From Mobula birostris (Eukaryota), in the NCBI RefSeq assembly GCF_030028105.1, contig NC_092379.1, positions 45,866,150 to 45,930,149 of the forward strand: DNA of 64,000 bases, written 5' to 3'. Of this stretch, positions 62,701-64,000 are shown in pieces. A model generated the notes under the pieces. It saw only the letters and a list, made by a program, of their open reading frames with translations, ran no database searches and was not told where the DNA came from. How positions within the stretch are numbered: position 1 is the first letter of the stretch; each line of letters opens with the position of its first letter. The position numbers and the translations under genes were made by a program.

Positions 62701-62924
62701 TCCCACTGTTCAGCAAATTCATATGCCATCGATCTTCCCTGAGTTGAGTGCATGATAAGCTACTCTACATCACATATTAATGTTTTCTGACTGCAAATTG
62801 CCTGTGAAAATTAAAAACATCGTAATCCAAGCCTGAATCTAATTTGAAAATCAAGACTCGCGTGAAGCATTTTATTTGAATTGATGTCTTGAGGAAGCAC
62901 ACTAGGATTTCCAAAGGTGCTCTT

Positions 62925-64000
62925 TAGAACATAGAACAGTACAGCACAGTACGGGCCCTTCGGCACACAATGTTGTGCCGACCCTTAATCCCTGCCTCCC
63001 ATATAACCCCCACCTTAAATTCCTCCATATACCTGTCTTGCTCTTAAATTTCACGAGTTTATCTGTCTCCACCACTAACTCAGGCAGTGCATTCCACGCA
63101 CAAACCACTCCCTGAATGAAAAATCTTCCTCTAATATCCCCCTTGAACTTCCCATCCCTTACCTTAAAACCATGTCCTCTTCTATTGAGCAGTGGTGCTC
63201 TGGCGAAGATCCATTCCTCTGAATATCTTCTATACCTCTATCATGTCTCCTCTCATCCTCCTTCTTTCCAAAGAGTAAAGCCCTAGCTCCCTTAATCTCC
63301 AATCATAATGCATACTCCCACAGGCAGCATCCTGGTAAATCTCCTCTGTACCCTTTCTAATGCTTCCACATCCCTCCTATCCTGAGGCGACCAGAAATGG
63401 ACACAGTACTCCAAGTGTAGCCTAACCAGAGTTTTATAGAGCTGCATCATTACCTCGCGACTCTTAAGTTCTCTCCCTCGACTTATGAAAGCTAGCACCC
63501 CATAATCTTTCTTAACTACCCTATCTACCTGTGAGGCAACTTTCAGGGATCTGTGGACATGTACCCCCAGATCACTCTGCTCCCCCACACTACCAAGTAT
63601 CCTGCCATTCACTTTCTACTCTGCCTTGGAGTTCGTTGTTCAAAAGTGTACCACCTCACACTTCTCTGGGTTGAACTCCATCTGCCACTTCTCAGCCCAC
63701 TCCTGCATCCTATCAATGTCCCTCTGCAATCTTTGACATCCTCTACACTATCTATAACACCACCAACCTTTGTGTCATCTGCAAACTTGCCAACCCACCC
63801 TTCTACCCCCACTTCCAGGTCGTTAATAAAAATCGCGAAAAGTAGAGGTCCCAGAACAGATCCTTGTGGGACACCACTAGTCACAACCTTCCAATCCGAA
63901 TGTACTCCCTCCACCATGACCCTCTGCTTTCTGAATCCACCTGGCCAAATCTCTCTGGATCCCATGCCTTCCTACATTCTGAATAAACCTACCATGTAGA
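62925..64000 (-). mobile_element. CR1 LINE 3' portion (runs off the window)
   Basis: VTSGVPQGSVLGPLLFAIFINDL..KFADDTKVGG (63609-63965), MQLYKTLVR.HLEYCVHFWSP (63292-63612); same subfamily as 3659-7075. Confidence 0.93.

Noticed and set aside
1-64000. CRISPR arrays, rRNA or prokaryotic systems
   Set aside because: Eukaryotic intron-exon DNA; the only tandem repeats are microsatellites and retroelement tails.

Overview
Repeat-rich genomic DNA from a cartilaginous fish (shark or ray; inferred from the gene and repeat families). The only host gene I can support is one IgNAR (heavy-chain-only antibody) cluster on the + strand. It has an octamer+TATA promoter, a split leader (1358-1400), and a type II-like VNAR exon (1530-1801) with its RSS. 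It has only two D segments (12/22 and 12/12 RSS), one J (2837-2883), and intact C1 (11617-11937) and C3 (15006-15323) exons. The C2 exon (12986-13288) is specifically inactivated by two in-frame stops and a GT>AT donor. I could not recognise C4, C5, a canonical secretory tailpiece or canonical TM exons in the remaining ~48 kb. The locus therefore looks like a naturally shortened V-C1-C3 IgNAR, or a decaying or incompletely assembled cluster. The rest is mostly CR1, Rex1/Babar, RTE, Ingi/Vingi-like and Penelope retroelements, SINEs, probable solo LTRs, Tc1/pogo remnants, microsatellites and two N gaps. Domain and TE family assignments come from motif recognition and remembered reference sequences, not database searches. 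TE boundaries are approximate.
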